Source: Myxococcota bacterium (GTDB taxonomy: Bacteria; Myxococcota_A; Polyangia; Polyangiales; Sandaracinaceae). Taken from it: a DNA stretch of 64,000 bases. The stretch is taken from the NCBI GenBank assembly GCA_036149055.1, contig JAYZQJ010000248.1:16853-80852 (forward strand). Reading direction: 5' to 3'. The notes beneath the pieces were generated by a model. The model made no database searches. It was given only the letters and a program-made list of their open reading frames with translations, and was not told the origin of the DNA. A program made the position numbers and the translations under genes. Positions 20,517 through 30,743 of this stretch are shown here, piece by piece. The number at the start of each line of letters is the position of its first letter. The first letter of the stretch is position 1.

Positions 20517-20819
20517 ATGAAGCGCAGACTCCTCATCGGCCTGTTCACCTTCGGCACCCTCTTCGGGTTCGGCTCCGGCTTCTTCTCGATGGCGCGGTGG
20601 CACCATCACCACCACCAGCGCCGCGCCGCCTTCGAGCGACACGTGGCCGACGTGTGCACCGACGCCGCGTACCGCGTCCGTGATCGCCGGCCCCGCGACG
20701 CGCCCCCGCCCCGCTGGGACGACCGGGACGATCGCCGCCGAGGCCACTGGTCCGAGGGTCGACGTCACCACGATCGGCGCTACGACGATCGCGGCTACGA
20801 CGACCGCGACTGGCGCTGA
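20517..20819 (+). CDS. Small membrane protein with a His-rich stretch
   Basis: MKRRLLIGLFTFGTLFGFGSG TM segment; HHHHH; FERHVADVC. Confidence 0.65.
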   Translation: MKRRLLIGLFTFGTLFGFGSGFFSMARWHHHHHQRRAAFERHVADVCTDAAYRVRDRRPRDAPPPRWDDRDDRRRGHWSEGRRHHDRRYDDRGYDDRDWR

Positions 20820-20828
20820 AACCCCCGA

Positions 20829-20860
20829 GCCCCCGCCTCGTGCTCCCCCGAGGCGGGGGC
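20829..20860 (+). terminator. GC-rich hairpin, possible terminator or RNA stabiliser
   Basis: GCCCCCGCCTCG / CGAGGCGGGGGC 12-bp stem; weak U tract. Confidence 0.45.
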
Positions 20861-20886
20861 GACGCTTCTCCGATAGGATCACCGCG

Positions 20887-21570
20887 ATGGCCATCCGGGC
20901 ACTCTTGATCGACGACGACGCGCGGCTCGCGGAGCTGCTCGAGGGCTACTTCTCGGACCACGAGATCGCGCTCGAGGCCGCCCAGAGCGGGGCCGCGGGC
21001 ATCGACGCCCTCGGCCGGGGCACCTTCGACGTGGTGCTGCTCGACGTGATGATGCCCGGCATGGACGGCCTCGAGGTGCTCCGGCGGCTGCGGGGCAAGA
21101 GCGCGATCCCGGTGATCATGCTCACCGCGCGGGGCGACGAGGCGGACCGGGTGGTCGGCCTCGAGCTCGGCGCGGACGACTACGTGCCGAAGCCATTCAG
21201 CCCCCGGGAGCTGCTCGCGCGCATCCGGGCGGTCCTGCGCCGGGCGCAGCCGGAGGCCACGAGCGAGCGGATCGCGATCAGCGGCGTGGAGGTCGACGTC
21301 GGCGCGCGCAGCGTCCGCCTCGAGGGCGAGGACGTGGAGCTGACCGGGCTCGAGCTCGACATCCTGGTGGCCCTCATGCGCCGCGCCGGTCGCGTGGTGC
21401 CGCGGGACGCGCTCCTGAGCGAGGCGGGCCGCGACGACGTGGTCGTCGGAGAGCGCACGGTCGACGTGCACATCTCTCATCTCCGCAAGAAGCTCGGCGA
21501 CGACCCCCGCGCGCCGGCGCGCATCCGCACCGTGCGCGGCGTGGGCTACGTCTTCGTGCGCGACGCATGA
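20887..21570 (+). CDS. OmpR/CpxR-like response regulator
   Basis: LLIDDD, LDVMMP, DDYVPKPF, ERTVDVHISHLR, TVRGVGY. Confidence 0.93.
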   Translation: MAIRALLIDDDARLAELLEGYFSDHEIALEAAQSGAAGIDALGRGTFDVVLLDVMMPGMDGLEVLRRLRGKSAIPVIMLTARGDEADRVVGLELGADDYVPKPFSPRELLARIRAVLRRAQPEATSERIAISGVEVDVGARSVRLEGEDVELTGLELDILVALMRRAGRVVPRDALLSEAGRDDVVVGERTVDVHISHLRKKLGDDPRAPARIRTVRGVGYVFVRDA

Positions 21571-22883
21571 CCGGCCATCGACAGTGCCGCCACGCGCAGC
21601 ATCGGGGGCGCTGGCACGCCAAGAAGAGCCGGTGGCGCCGCAGCGGTCGCCTGCAGCGGCGGCTCTTCATGTGGTTCGGGGCGACCATCGTCTTCACCGC
21701 GATCGTGGTCGGGCTGATGTTCCGTCTGCTGTCGCCGACCGAGCGCTTCCAGCGTGACGCGGAGGGCTTCCAGCGCTTCGTGAGCGCCCGCTTCGAGCAG
21801 GTCTGGCGGCACCCGCCGGCCCGCGACGCGCTCGTGCGCGACCTGAACCGGGATCTCCGCCTCGACGCCACGCTCTACGACGCGGGCGGCCACGTGCTCG
21901 TGCGGCACGGGGCGCGCTGCGACGAGGCCTGGGGCCGGATCCCGCTCGTGCGCCGCGACGGCCATCGGCTGGGCACCCTCGAGGTCTGCGGCGAGCCCTA
22001 TCGCTGGGGCGGGTGGCGCTTCCCGGTGGCGCTGCTCGTGGGCGTGCTGATCCTCTGGGCGGCGGCCGGCATCCTCGCGCGCCGCCTCACCCGCCCGCTC
22101 CGGCGCCTCGAGGGGCTGGCCCGACGCATCGGCGAGGGCGACCTCAGCGCCCGCTCCGAGCTCGACCCGCAGCGTCACGGCGAGCTCGGCACGCTGGGCG
22201 TGACGATGGACGAGATGGCGGAGCGGATCGAGAAGCAGCTCGCCGATCAGCGGGAGCTGCTCGCCGCGGTCAGCCACGAGCTCCGGACGCCGCTGGGGCA
22301 CCTCCGGGTGCTGCTCGAGATGGCCCGGGGCAAGCCGAGCGAGAAGATGATCGACGACATCGAGGAGGAGGTCCTCGAGGTCGACGCGCTGGTGGGGCAG
22401 CTGCTGGCGAGCTCGCGGGTGGACTTCGGCAGCCTGCAGGTCAAGAGCGTCGACGCGGTGGAGCTGGCCTCGCGGGCCCTCGAGCGCGCCGAGCTCCCGC
22501 CGGACGACCTCGCGGTCGAGGGCGATCCCGCGCTGATGGAGGCCGACCCCACGCTGCTCGCCCGCGCGCTCGCCAACCTGCTGCAGAACGCCAAGCAGCA
22601 CGGCGGCGGGGTCGAGGCGCTGACCATCCGCTTCCGGCCGACCGACGTGGTCTTCGAGGTGTCCGACCGCGGGCCCGGCTTCTCGGAGGCCGAGCGCGAG
22701 CGCGTCTTCGAGGCCTTCTACCGGGGCGAGCACCGGGCCGGCGCGAGCCTCGGCCTGGGCCTCTCGCTGGTGCGCCGGATCGCCGAGGCCCACGGCGGCC
22801 GCGCCTGGGTGGAGGACAACGCGCCGGGCGCGCGGGTGTGCTTCTCGCTCGACGCCGCCCCCGCGTCCGATCCCCGAGTTTGA
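21567..22883 (+). CDS. HAMP-domain sensor histidine kinase (CpxA-like)
   Basis: 2 TM helices, HAMP, VSHELRTPL, NLLQNA, DRGPG, GLGLS. Confidence 0.92.
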   Translation: MTGHRQCRHAQHRGRWHAKKSRWRRSGRLQRRLFMWFGATIVFTAIVVGLMFRLLSPTERFQRDAEGFQRFVSARFEQVWRHPPARDALVRDLNRDLRLDATLYDAGGHVLVRHGARCDEAWGRIPLVRRDGHRLGTLEVCGEPYRWGGWRFPVALLVGVLILWAAAGILARRLTRPLRRLEGLARRIGEGDLSARSELDPQRHGELGTLGVTMDEMAERIEKQLADQRELLAAVSHELRTPLGHLRVLLEMARGKPSEKMIDDIEEEVLEVDALVGQLLASSRVDFGSLQVKSVDAVELASRALERAELPPDDLAVEGDPALMEADPTLLARALANLLQNAKQHGGGVEALTIRFRPTDVVFEVSDRGPGFSEAERERVFEAFYRGEHRAGASLGLGLSLVRRIAEAHGGRAWVEDNAPGARVCFSLDAAPASDPRV

Positions 22884-22916
22884 CCCGGGGTGGGGCGCCG
22901 GAAATGATGCGGCGCG

Positions 22917-24866
22917 ATGGGCCTCCTCCGCGGCGCCGAGCGCGACCCGAACGCGCGTCTGATCGCGCTCGTGCTCGCGTCGGGGGTGCCGCTCGCCGCC
23001 TACCTCGCCACCGCCTCCGCCCACGACTACTGGCTGGACGCGGGCGAGTTCACCGCCCAGGCGATCTGGCTCGACGTCGCCCACCCGCCCGGGCACCCGC
23101 TCGCCGGCCTGGTCGGGCGGCTCTTCGCGCTCCTGCCGCTCGGCCCGATCCCGCTGCGGGTCGCGATCGGACAGGCCTGCTGCACCGCGCTCGCCGCCGG
23201 CTTCCTCTTCGCCGCGATCGACACGACGGTCCGGGTGATCGGGGTGCGCCGCGACCGGCTCGCCCTCCCGCTCGCGCTCGGCGCCACTTGGATGATCGCG
23301 CTCAGCCACGCGTGGTGGTTCCAGGCGGTGCGGCCCGAGGTCTACGGGCTGCAGGCGCTGCTGATGGCGATCGTCATCGAGCGGATCGTGGCGCTCGAGG
23401 CGGCCTGGCCGACGCTCGACGTGCGCCCCCTCTACGTCGCCGCGCTCGCCCTCGGGCTCGGGCTCGCGAACCACCACCTCGTCGCCTTCCTCACCCTGCC
23501 CGCCGTCGCCTCGACCGCGGCGCGCGTCTACCGGGCGCGCGGCGGCAAGACGCTGCTGAAGGCCGGCCTCGCCACCCTGGTCGGGCTCTCGACCTACGTC
23601 TACCTGCCGGTCCGCGCGGCCACCGAGCCGCCCCTGAACCTCGGCGACCCGAGCTCCGCCTCGCGGCTGTTCTGGGTGGTGAGCGCGAAGGTCTACCAGC
23701 AGAACAAGCTCACCGAGGCGCCGCAGCCGCTCGACGAGCGCCTCCGGGACGTGCTCCGGGTGGTGGGCGAGAGCTTCGGCGGCGCGATCCACGATCCGCT
23801 GAACGTGGCGCTGTGGGCCTTCGGGGTGCTCGGCGTGGCGCTCATCGGCGCCTACGCGCTCCTCCGCACCGCGGGCGCGCGGCGCATCGCGTTCGTCTGG
23901 GTCGCCCTCGTGCTCTTCGTGCTCACCGGGCCCGCGTGGCTGATGTCGGTGAAGAACAACCCCGACGTGCTCGGCTACATGATGGTCGGGCTCGCGGCGC
24001 TCATCGCGCTCGGCACCGGGCTGCTCGCGACGGTGCTCGCCCGGGTCGGTCAGCGCCCCGACGGGACCCCGAAGCTGCCCGCGCTGCTCGTCGGCGTGCT
24101 CGCCGCGGGGCTCGGGCTCGCGCACCTCTCGCCGAGCGCGGGGCGCGCGTCGCTGACGAGCTTTCACGCCACCGACGACTTCGACGAGGAGCGCATCCGG
24201 CGCCTGCCCGACGACGCGGTGGTGGTGCTGCATCGGCCGCAGACCGTGTTCCGCCACTGGTCGGCGATGGCCGCCGAGCACGTGCGCCCCGACGTGACCG
24301 TCGTGCCGATGCCCTTCCTCGACTACCCCGGCGTGGTCGAGGCGCTGGCCGCGCGCGATCCGGACCTGGCGGAGCTGCTCCGGGGCTACCTGCTCGAGGG
24401 CGAGCTGCGTCAACCCGATCTGCAGTCCCTCGCCGCCCGCCGGCCGCTGCTGGTCGAGATGGACCTGCGGGTGCCGACCGATCTCTACGAGACGATGGTC
24501 CCGGCCGGCCTCTACTACGAGGTGGTGGACGCGGGCGCGACCGACACCGACGTCATCGAGGCGGCGGAGCCGCACGCAGCGGTCCTCGGCCGGCTCTACG
24601 CGCACCTGGGCGAGCACGGCGTGGAGGAGACCGAGACCCAGGGGCACCTGCTCTGGCTCCACTACATGGACGCGCTCTACTACGCGTCGGTCGGCGCGCG
24701 CGACCCGGCCCGGGACGCGGTCCGGCGGGCCCTGGCGCTCCGCCCGGAGAGCGCCGAGATCCGGGCGCTCGCGGCGGCGCTGGCGGATCCCGAAGCCGAG
24801 GGCCCGCTGAACGTCTCGCCCTTCGTGGTCGGCGCCCCCCGGCGAGGCGTATCCTCGGATCCATGA
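22917..24866 (+). CDS. DUF2723-family (TMEM260-like, GT-C fold) membrane protein
   Basis: DAGEF...AHPPGHPL, EVYGL, GLANHH, YLPVRA, PLNLGDP; C-terminal TPR-like helices. Confidence 0.85.
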   Translation: MGLLRGAERDPNARLIALVLASGVPLAAYLATASAHDYWLDAGEFTAQAIWLDVAHPPGHPLAGLVGRLFALLPLGPIPLRVAIGQACCTALAAGFLFAAIDTTVRVIGVRRDRLALPLALGATWMIALSHAWWFQAVRPEVYGLQALLMAIVIERIVALEAAWPTLDVRPLYVAALALGLGLANHHLVAFLTLPAVASTAARVYRARGGKTLLKAGLATLVGLSTYVYLPVRAATEPPLNLGDPSSASRLFWVVSAKVYQQNKLTEAPQPLDERLRDVLRVVGESFGGAIHDPLNVALWAFGVLGVALIGAYALLRTAGARRIAFVWVALVLFVLTGPAWLMSVKNNPDVLGYMMVGLAALIALGTGLLATVLARVGQRPDGTPKLPALLVGVLAAGLGLAHLSPSAGRASLTSFHATDDFDEERIRRLPDDAVVVLHRPQTVFRHWSAMAAEHVRPDVTVVPMPFLDYPGVVEALAARDPDLAELLRGYLLEGELRQPDLQSLAARRPLLVEMDLRVPTDLYETMVPAGLYYEVVDAGATDTDVIEAAEPHAAVLGRLYAHLGEHGVEETETQGHLLWLHYMDALYYASVGARDPARDAVRRALALRPESAEIRALAAALADPEAEGPLNVSPFVVGAPRRGVSSDP

Positions 24867-26107
24867 CGCGTTGGCTCCTGGGCGCGGCGTTCCTCTGGAT
24901 CGCCGCCGGCTGTGACTGCGCCGGCGATCCCGGCGGCGACCCCTGCGCCGTCGACGGCGACTGCGCCTCCGGCGAGCTGTGCGTGGACGGACGCTGCGAG
25001 ACGCGCCCCGACGGCGGCTTCGACATGGACGGCGGCGGCGGAGGTGACGACGGCGGCGCGCGGCGCGACGCCGGGCCGCTCCCCGACGGGAGCTCGCGCG
25101 ACGACGCGGGCGCGGACGCGAGCTGCGGCGGCGAGAGCGTCGCCTTCGACTACCGCCCGCCGAACGTGCTGCTGATCTTCGACCGCTCGTGCTCGATGCG
25201 GCGCTTCCTCGACGGCTCCGACTTCGGCACCGGCCCCGAGGACCCGACCACCCGCTGGAACGTGGCGCGCGAGGCGGTGCTCGGGCTGATCGGCCGCTTC
25301 CCCACCCGCGTGTTCTGGGGCCTGATGGCGTTCCCCGATCCGCGCGAGGGCTGCGGCGATCCGGTCGATGCGGAGGTGGCGCCGGGGCCGGGCACGGCGA
25401 GCGCGATCGAGACCTCGCTCCGCTCCGACGCCATCCAGCCCTTCGGCCTTTGCGGGCCGGACAACTCGGACACCACGACCCAGCCGCGCCAGACGCCGAC
25501 CGCCGACGCGATGACGAGCGCGCTCGGGCTGAGCGAGCTGACGGCCCCGATGCGGGAGAGCTTCGCCATCGTCGTGACCGACGGCGGCGTCAGCTGCGGG
25601 GTGAGCGACGGCGAGCTGAGCACGCTGGCCGACATGATGCGCGCGGCCGGCATCCCGACCGCGGTGATCGGCTTCGCCACCGGCAGCGCCGAGAGCTCCC
25701 TCGAGGCGATCGCCTCCGCCGGCGGGCTGCCCAACCCGGCCGGGCCCCCGAGCTACTACGTGGCCGAGAGCCGCACCGACCTCGACACCGTCTTCGACGA
25801 GATCGCGACCCGCGTGGTGAGCTGCGATCTCGCGCTCTCGAGCACGCCCCCCGATCCGTCGGCGCTCTTCGTGAACGTCAACGACATGCCGCTCGCCGAG
25901 GACGCGGCCGACGGGTGGAGCTACGACGCGGCCAGCAACACGCTCACGCTGAACGGCGCCTCCTGCGACCAGCTGCGCCGCGGCGACATCCGCCGCATCA
26001 GCGTGAGCTTCGGCTGCGCGCCGGTCGACTGCGAGCCGCGCCCCGAGGTATGCAACGGCCTCGACGAGGACTGCGACGACGTGGTGGACGAGGAGTGCCT
26101 GCTGTGA
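24863..26107 (+). CDS. vWA-domain Cys-rich lipoprotein (CglB-like)
   Basis: Lipobox AAGC; MIDAS motif DRSCS...TPT...VTDG; C-terminal CNGLDEDCDDVVDE. Confidence 0.8.
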   Translation: MTRWLLGAAFLWIAAGCDCAGDPGGDPCAVDGDCASGELCVDGRCETRPDGGFDMDGGGGGDDGGARRDAGPLPDGSSRDDAGADASCGGESVAFDYRPPNVLLIFDRSCSMRRFLDGSDFGTGPEDPTTRWNVAREAVLGLIGRFPTRVFWGLMAFPDPREGCGDPVDAEVAPGPGTASAIETSLRSDAIQPFGLCGPDNSDTTTQPRQTPTADAMTSALGLSELTAPMRESFAIVVTDGGVSCGVSDGELSTLADMMRAAGIPTAVIGFATGSAESSLEAIASAGGLPNPAGPPSYYVAESRTDLDTVFDEIATRVVSCDLALSSTPPDPSALFVNVNDMPLAEDAADGWSYDAASNTLTLNGASCDQLRRGDIRRISVSFGCAPVDCEPRPEVCNGLDEDCDDVVDEECLL

Positions 26108-27216
26108 AGACGACCCGCTCGATCCTGATCTTGCTGTTGCTGATGGCCGGCTGCGACGGCGGCGACGCGGCCGACGCCGGCTCCGAGCCGATCGACGCGC
26201 GGGTGGCCCGCGACGCGACGCCGACGCCCACCGACGCGCAGCCCACCGACGCGCAGGCCGGCGAGGACGCGCGCGTGACCGAGCCCGACGCCGGGACCGC
26301 GAGCGGGCACTACTTCCCCGCCGGCTCGTTCTTCCTCGAGGACGTGTCCGACGCGCCGGCCGCCGACTACTCGGACGACATGATCGCCGCGCTCCGCGCC
26401 GCCGGCGGCTGGGGCAACCGCGACCGCTTCCAGATCGACTTCTCCCTCGAGGTCCTGCAGGCCGACGCCTCCACCGAGAAGCGCGCCTTCGAGCGAACCA
26501 GCGCGTTCTACGACCCGGACTGCGACCACGTGCCGATGCCGGTGCCCGTGGGCGGCAACCTGGAGGGGGAGAGCGGCTACGCCTGCGAGCGCGACGGCGA
26601 CTGCCACCTCATCGTCTTCTCGCCGCTCGAGCGGCGCCTCTACGAGATGTGGCGGGCCGACATCCGCGGCGACGTGTTCCAGGGCGGCTGCCTGGCGGTC
26701 TGGGACACGAGCCGGGTCTACCCGGAGACCGGCCGGGGCGAGCAGTGCACGAGCGCCGACGCCGCGGGCTTCCCGATCGCGCCGCTCCTCTTCACCGCCG
26801 ACGAGGTCGCGGCCGGCGAGATCGCGCACGCCATCCGCTTCATCCTCCCGAACGATCGCGTGCGCGCCTCGCGCTACGTGCGCCCGGCCACCCACGGCAC
26901 CCGGACCCGCGGCGGCCCCGACACCCCGCCCTACGGCGTGCACTTCCGGCTGCGCGCGGACTTCCCGCTGGACTCGCTGCCGAACGACGGCGCGCGCACG
27001 GTGGCCCGGGCGCTGCAGCGCTACGGCATGTACCACGCCGACGGCGGCAACATCGCGTTGACCGCGCAGTCCGACCGCCACACCACCGCGTCCTGGGACG
27101 GCCTGCTCGGCCCCCACGACCTGCGCATGCTCCAGGTGGAGGACTTCGAGGTGATCCATCACTCGGACCCGATCGAGGTCACCTTCGACTGCCGCCGCGA
27201 GCCCCTGACCGAGTGA
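26104..27216 (+). CDS. Hypothetical lipoprotein with Pro/Thr/Asp linker and globular C-terminal domain
   Basis: Lipobox MAGC; DGDCHL, HAIRF, ALQRYGMYHADGG. Confidence 0.75.
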   Translation: MKTTRSILILLLLMAGCDGGDAADAGSEPIDARVARDATPTPTDAQPTDAQAGEDARVTEPDAGTASGHYFPAGSFFLEDVSDAPAADYSDDMIAALRAAGGWGNRDRFQIDFSLEVLQADASTEKRAFERTSAFYDPDCDHVPMPVPVGGNLEGESGYACERDGDCHLIVFSPLERRLYEMWRADIRGDVFQGGCLAVWDTSRVYPETGRGEQCTSADAAGFPIAPLLFTADEVAAGEIAHAIRFILPNDRVRASRYVRPATHGTRTRGGPDTPPYGVHFRLRADFPLDSLPNDGARTVARALQRYGMYHADGGNIALTAQSDRHTTASWDGLLGPHDLRMLQVEDFEVIHHSDPIEVTFDCRREPLTE

Positions 27217-27262
27217 CCGTGGGAGCCGTGCTAGCGTGCCGGCCTCAGCTCGGAGGTGAGGC

Positions 27263-28030
27263 GTGGCGGAACCGGTGATCCATCTCGAAGACAAGGTCGC
27301 GATCGTGACCGGCGCGAGCCGGGGCATCGGCGCGGAGATCGCGCGCACGTTCGCGCGGGCCGGCGCCAAGGTGGTGCTCGCGAGCCGCAAGATCGAGGGC
27401 CTCGAGGCGGTGGCGAAGGAGATCACCGACGCCGGCGGCGAGGCCCACCCGATCGCCGCCCACATGGGCAAGGAGGAGGCGGTCCGGGGCCTCGTCGAGG
27501 ACGCGATCGCCAGGTACGGCAAGGTCGACGTGCTCGTGAACAACGCGGCCACGAACCCCTACTTCGGCCCGATCATGAACATCGACTGGGGCGCGTGGGA
27601 CAAGACCTTCGAGGTGAACGTGAAGGGCTACTTCATGGCCATTCGCGAGGTCACCCGGCACCTCCAGGAGCGCGACGGCCGCGGCGCCGTCGTCAACATC
27701 GCTTCCGTGGCTGGGTTCATGGCGATGCCCCTCCAGGCTTGCTACGGCATGACCAAGGCGGCGGTCATCTCGATGACCAAGTCGCTGAGCATCGAGCTGG
27801 CGCCGCACGTGCGCATGAACGCGATCGCCCCCGGGCTGATCGAGACGAAGTTCGCGAGCGCGCTCACCCAGAACGACGAGATCCTGCAGTCGGTGCTCGA
27901 CCGGACCAGCCTCAAGCGCGTCGGTCAGCCCCAGGACGTCGCGAGCGCGGCGCTCCTGCTCGCCAGCGACCAGGGCGCGTACTTCAACGGCACCCTGCTC
28001 ACCGTCGACGGCGGCTGGTCGATCGGCTGA
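27263..28030 (+). CDS. SDR-family oxidoreductase (DHRS4-like)
   Basis: TGASRGIG, NNAATNP, YGMTK. Confidence 0.93.
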   Translation: MAEPVIHLEDKVAIVTGASRGIGAEIARTFARAGAKVVLASRKIEGLEAVAKEITDAGGEAHPIAAHMGKEEAVRGLVEDAIARYGKVDVLVNNAATNPYFGPIMNIDWGAWDKTFEVNVKGYFMAIREVTRHLQERDGRGAVVNIASVAGFMAMPLQACYGMTKAAVISMTKSLSIELAPHVRMNAIAPGLIETKFASALTQNDEILQSVLDRTSLKRVGQPQDVASAALLLASDQGAYFNGTLLTVDGGWSIG

Positions 28031-28036
28031 CGCCGC

Positions 28037-28711
28037 CTACAGGAAGGTGCGCAGCGCCGGGGGCAGGTGCCCCACGCAGTTGAAGCGGAAGAGGCCGCGG
28101 GCGGTGAGCTCGGTGACCGACGCGTTCTGGACCGAGAACATGAGGTCCACGCCGTGGGTGTCGCCGAGGCCGAGCGCGCCCGCGACCGCGGCGCCGACCG
28201 GCCCGCCCGAGGTGATCGCGACCGCCCAGCCGTCACCCTCGGGGTGCAGGCCGGCCACGCACGCCTCGACCTTGCCGCGGAAGAGCCGATAGGCCTCGAC
28301 CTCGGGGTGGTCGAGCTCGCCCTGGGTCCAGTGACGCATCACCCGCCGGAAGAGCGGGAGGAAGCTCTGGATGCCGCCCTTCAGGTCGCGCGCGTCGCGG
28401 GCGAGGGCGCCCAGCTCGTCCTCGCGATCGACGAGGTCGTCGAAGAGGAGGCGGGTCAACATCACGCCCTGGTGCTCGTCGAGCGCGTCGTCGACCTCGA
28501 CCTCCAGCGGCTCGCCGAAGGTCTCCAGGAACGCCTCGGTCGTCTCGCGGTGCCGGCGGCGCGGGCCGCGCACGAGCCTCGAGATCACGCGCCCCTCGTT
28601 GCGCCAGGCGAGCCCGAGCGCGCGGGCCTGCTCGAAGCCCTTGTCCGAGAGCTGGTCGTAGTCGTCGCGGTGCGCCGACGCCTGCCCGTGCCGCACGAGC
28701 GCGACCCTCAC
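28037..28711 (-). CDS. Histidine phosphatase-family protein
   Basis: LVRHGQA, YDQLS, TSGG, NASVT. Confidence 0.85.
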   Translation of the reverse strand: MRVALVRHGQASAHRDDYDQLSDKGFEQARALGLAWRNEGRVISRLVRGPRRRHRETTEAFLETFGEPLEVEVDDALDEHQGVMLTRLLFDDLVDREDELGALARDARDLKGGIQSFLPLFRRVMRHWTQGELDHPEVEAYRLFRGKVEACVAGLHPEGDGWAVAITSGGPVGAAVAGALGLGDTHGVDLMFSVQNASVTELTARGLFRFNCVGHLPPALRTFL

Positions 28712-28875
28712 GGCGCCACCTCCGCGGCGGGCGCCTCGTCCTGGCTCGATCGCCACCAGGCGGCGCCCGCGATCATCAGCCCGGCGAGCACGCCGACCAG
28801 GACCGCCATCACCAGGGTCCGTCGCGACATCTTGGGCGGCGCGCCGATCGCCTCGAGATCCTCTTCTTCGCTCAC
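28708..28875 (-). CDS. Small single-TM protein (55 aa)
   Basis: Overlaps both neighbours via GTGA; hydrophobic stretch VMAVLVGVLAGLMIAGAAWW. Confidence 0.55.
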   Translation of the reverse strand: MSEEEDLEAIGAPPKMSRRTLVMAVLVGVLAGLMIAGAAWWRSSQDEAPAAEVAP

Positions 28876-29351
28876 GGCGCGCCTCCGCTCGGCAGCCGGC
28901 GCTGCGCGTTCTCCTCCACCTGGAGCAGCGTGCGGCGCACCTCGTCGGGCACGCTGCGCGCGAGCACGATGCGGTAGCCGTCGGGCTCGTGGGCCATCAC
29001 CACCCGCACCTCGTCGCGCGGGTAGACGTAGGCCCAGTCGCCGGCGAGCTCGTAGCGGAGGTCGTCCTTGGCCGCGGCGAGCATGCCGAGCACGTAGCCG
29101 GCCATGCCCTCGCCCCCGGGCTGGTCGATGTCGGTGAAGCAGGCGCGCCAGGCCTCGCGGTCCTGCAGCGCGAAGCCGCCGCCCTCGGCCATGCGCGCCT
29201 GCACGGTCTCCTGCGGCACGTCCCCGAGCCCGTAGGCGCCGAGGAGGGTCTCGACGGTGTGCTCGGGGGTCGAGAAGCGCGCGTCGGCGCGGGAGACGCC
29301 CTCGTCGCAGCCGACGAGCGAGAGGAGCGAGAGGAGCACGAGCCTGCGCAC
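28872..29351 (-). CDS. Hypothetical lipoprotein
   Basis: Lipobox LVGC after RRLVLLSLLS. Confidence 0.7.
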   Translation of the reverse strand: MRRLVLLSLLSLVGCDEGVSRADARFSTPEHTVETLLGAYGLGDVPQETVQARMAEGGGFALQDREAWRACFTDIDQPGGEGMAGYVLGMLAAAKDDLRYELAGDWAYVYPRDEVRVVMAHEPDGYRIVLARSVPDEVRRTLLQVEENAQRRLPSGGAP

Positions 29352-29354
29352 GCC

Positions 29355-29447
29355 GTGCTCTACCACGCCACTGCCGACCATGCCGCCGTCGACCATGCCG
29401 CCGTCGACCACGCCGCGTTCCACCACGCCGCGTTCCACCGCGCCGCG
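29355..29447. repeat. About six degenerate 15-bp tandem repeats
   Basis: GACCATGCCGCCGTC x2, then ACCACGCCGCGTTCC x2, plus degenerate flanking copies. Confidence 0.7.
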
Positions 29448-30743
29448 TCAGCGACCGAGGACCACGTTGCCATGCGGGAGGGCGACCGCGCCGCCGCTCC
29501 GGACCTCGCACACCGAGAAGAGCACCCGCGACGGCGCGCCGGTCTGGAAGGCGACCCGACGCCCCTCGATGTGAACGCCCGCGAGGTCGAGGCGGCTGTC
29601 GTGCAGCGACGCCCCGACGTCGCCGACGATCGCGCCGCCGGTCGCGCGCACGTTGGCGTCGCGCGCGTCGAGCGCCACCTCCGCGCGGCCCCCGATCTGC
29701 ACGTTGTCGAGCCGCACGTCGGAGGAGCGGATGACCAGCGAGTCCAGCCGCGCGTCGTGGATGCGGACGCCCCGGCAGCCCTCGACGAGCACGTGACCGA
29801 GCCGACCGGTCAGCTCCACGTCCGCCTGCCCGCGGCAGGTGAAGGGGCGCGGCGAGGCGCCGGTCGAGCGCGACGCGGCCGGGGACGCCCCGGACAGGTG
29901 GCGCCGCACCTCGGCCACGAACGCCTCCGGCGCGTCGGCCATCGGCACGTGACCCGCGTCGTCGAGGACCACGAGGCGCGCGTGCCCGATGCGATCGTCG
30001 AGCAGCCGCCCGGTGCGCAGCGGGGCGACGCGGTCCCGGCGGCCCCACACCACCAGGGTCGGGGCCCGGATCGACGACAGCGCCGGCCCGACGTCGGTCG
30101 CGATCAACGACAGCGCGGCCACCTGCTCCGGCGGGCCGCCGGCGATGGCGCCGACCGAGGCGAGCGCCCCGGGGTCGGGCTCGAAGCGGCGCACCGCGCC
30201 GAGCAGGCTCTCGAAGCCGCCGCCCCCCGCCTCGCCGAGCTGGCTCGAGACGAACGCCTCGCGGTGGAGCACCCCGGCGACGTCGACCAGCACCAGCCGC
30301 TCGACCAGCTCGGGGTGGGCGCCCGCGACGAGGATGGCGATCGCGCCGCCCATCGAGTGGCCGAGGAGGTGGGCCGGCCGGCGCAGGTGCTCGCGCATCC
30401 ACCGCGCGATCAGGGCCGCGTCGTCCACCGGGTGCAGGGAGTGGCCGGCCGCCGGCGAGCCCCCGAAGCCCGGAAGGTCGAGGGCGATGACGTGAAAGCC
30501 CTCGGCGAGCGCCTCCGCGACCGGCTCGAAGTCGGCCGAGGCGTTGGCCCCGAGCCCGTGCACCAGGACGAGCGGCGGGCTCGCCCGGTCGCCCCACTCG
30601 CGGACCCTCAGCTCTCCCTCGTAGGCGGCGCTCGCGGCCCGGGGCGCGGGGGCCGGCAGGGCGGCGTGGGGCGCGTGCGCGACCGAGCCGCAGCCCGAGA
30701 GGGCCGCGAGGGCGAGCGAGACGAACGCAGCGCGGGGGAGCAT
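29448..30743 (-). CDS. Alpha/beta hydrolase lipoprotein with a C-terminal beta-helix-like domain
   Basis: Lipobox LSGC; VHGLG, DLPGFG, GHSMGG, WGRRD, GHVP; repetitive beta-strand tail. Confidence 0.8.
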   Translation of the reverse strand: MLPRAAFVSLALAALSGCGSVAHAPHAALPAPAPRAASAAYEGELRVREWGDRASPPLVLVHGLGANASADFEPVAEALAEGFHVIALDLPGFGGSPAAGHSLHPVDDAALIARWMREHLRRPAHLLGHSMGGAIAILVAGAHPELVERLVLVDVAGVLHREAFVSSQLGEAGGGGFESLLGAVRRFEPDPGALASVGAIAGGPPEQVAALSLIATDVGPALSSIRAPTLVVWGRRDRVAPLRTGRLLDDRIGHARLVVLDDAGHVPMADAPEAFVAEVRRHLSGASPAASRSTGASPRPFTCRGQADVELTGRLGHVLVEGCRGVRIHDARLDSLVIRSSDVRLDNVQIGGRAEVALDARDANVRATGGAIVGDVGASLHDSRLDLAGVHIEGRRVAFQTGAPSRVLFSVCEVRSGGAVALPHGNVVLGR

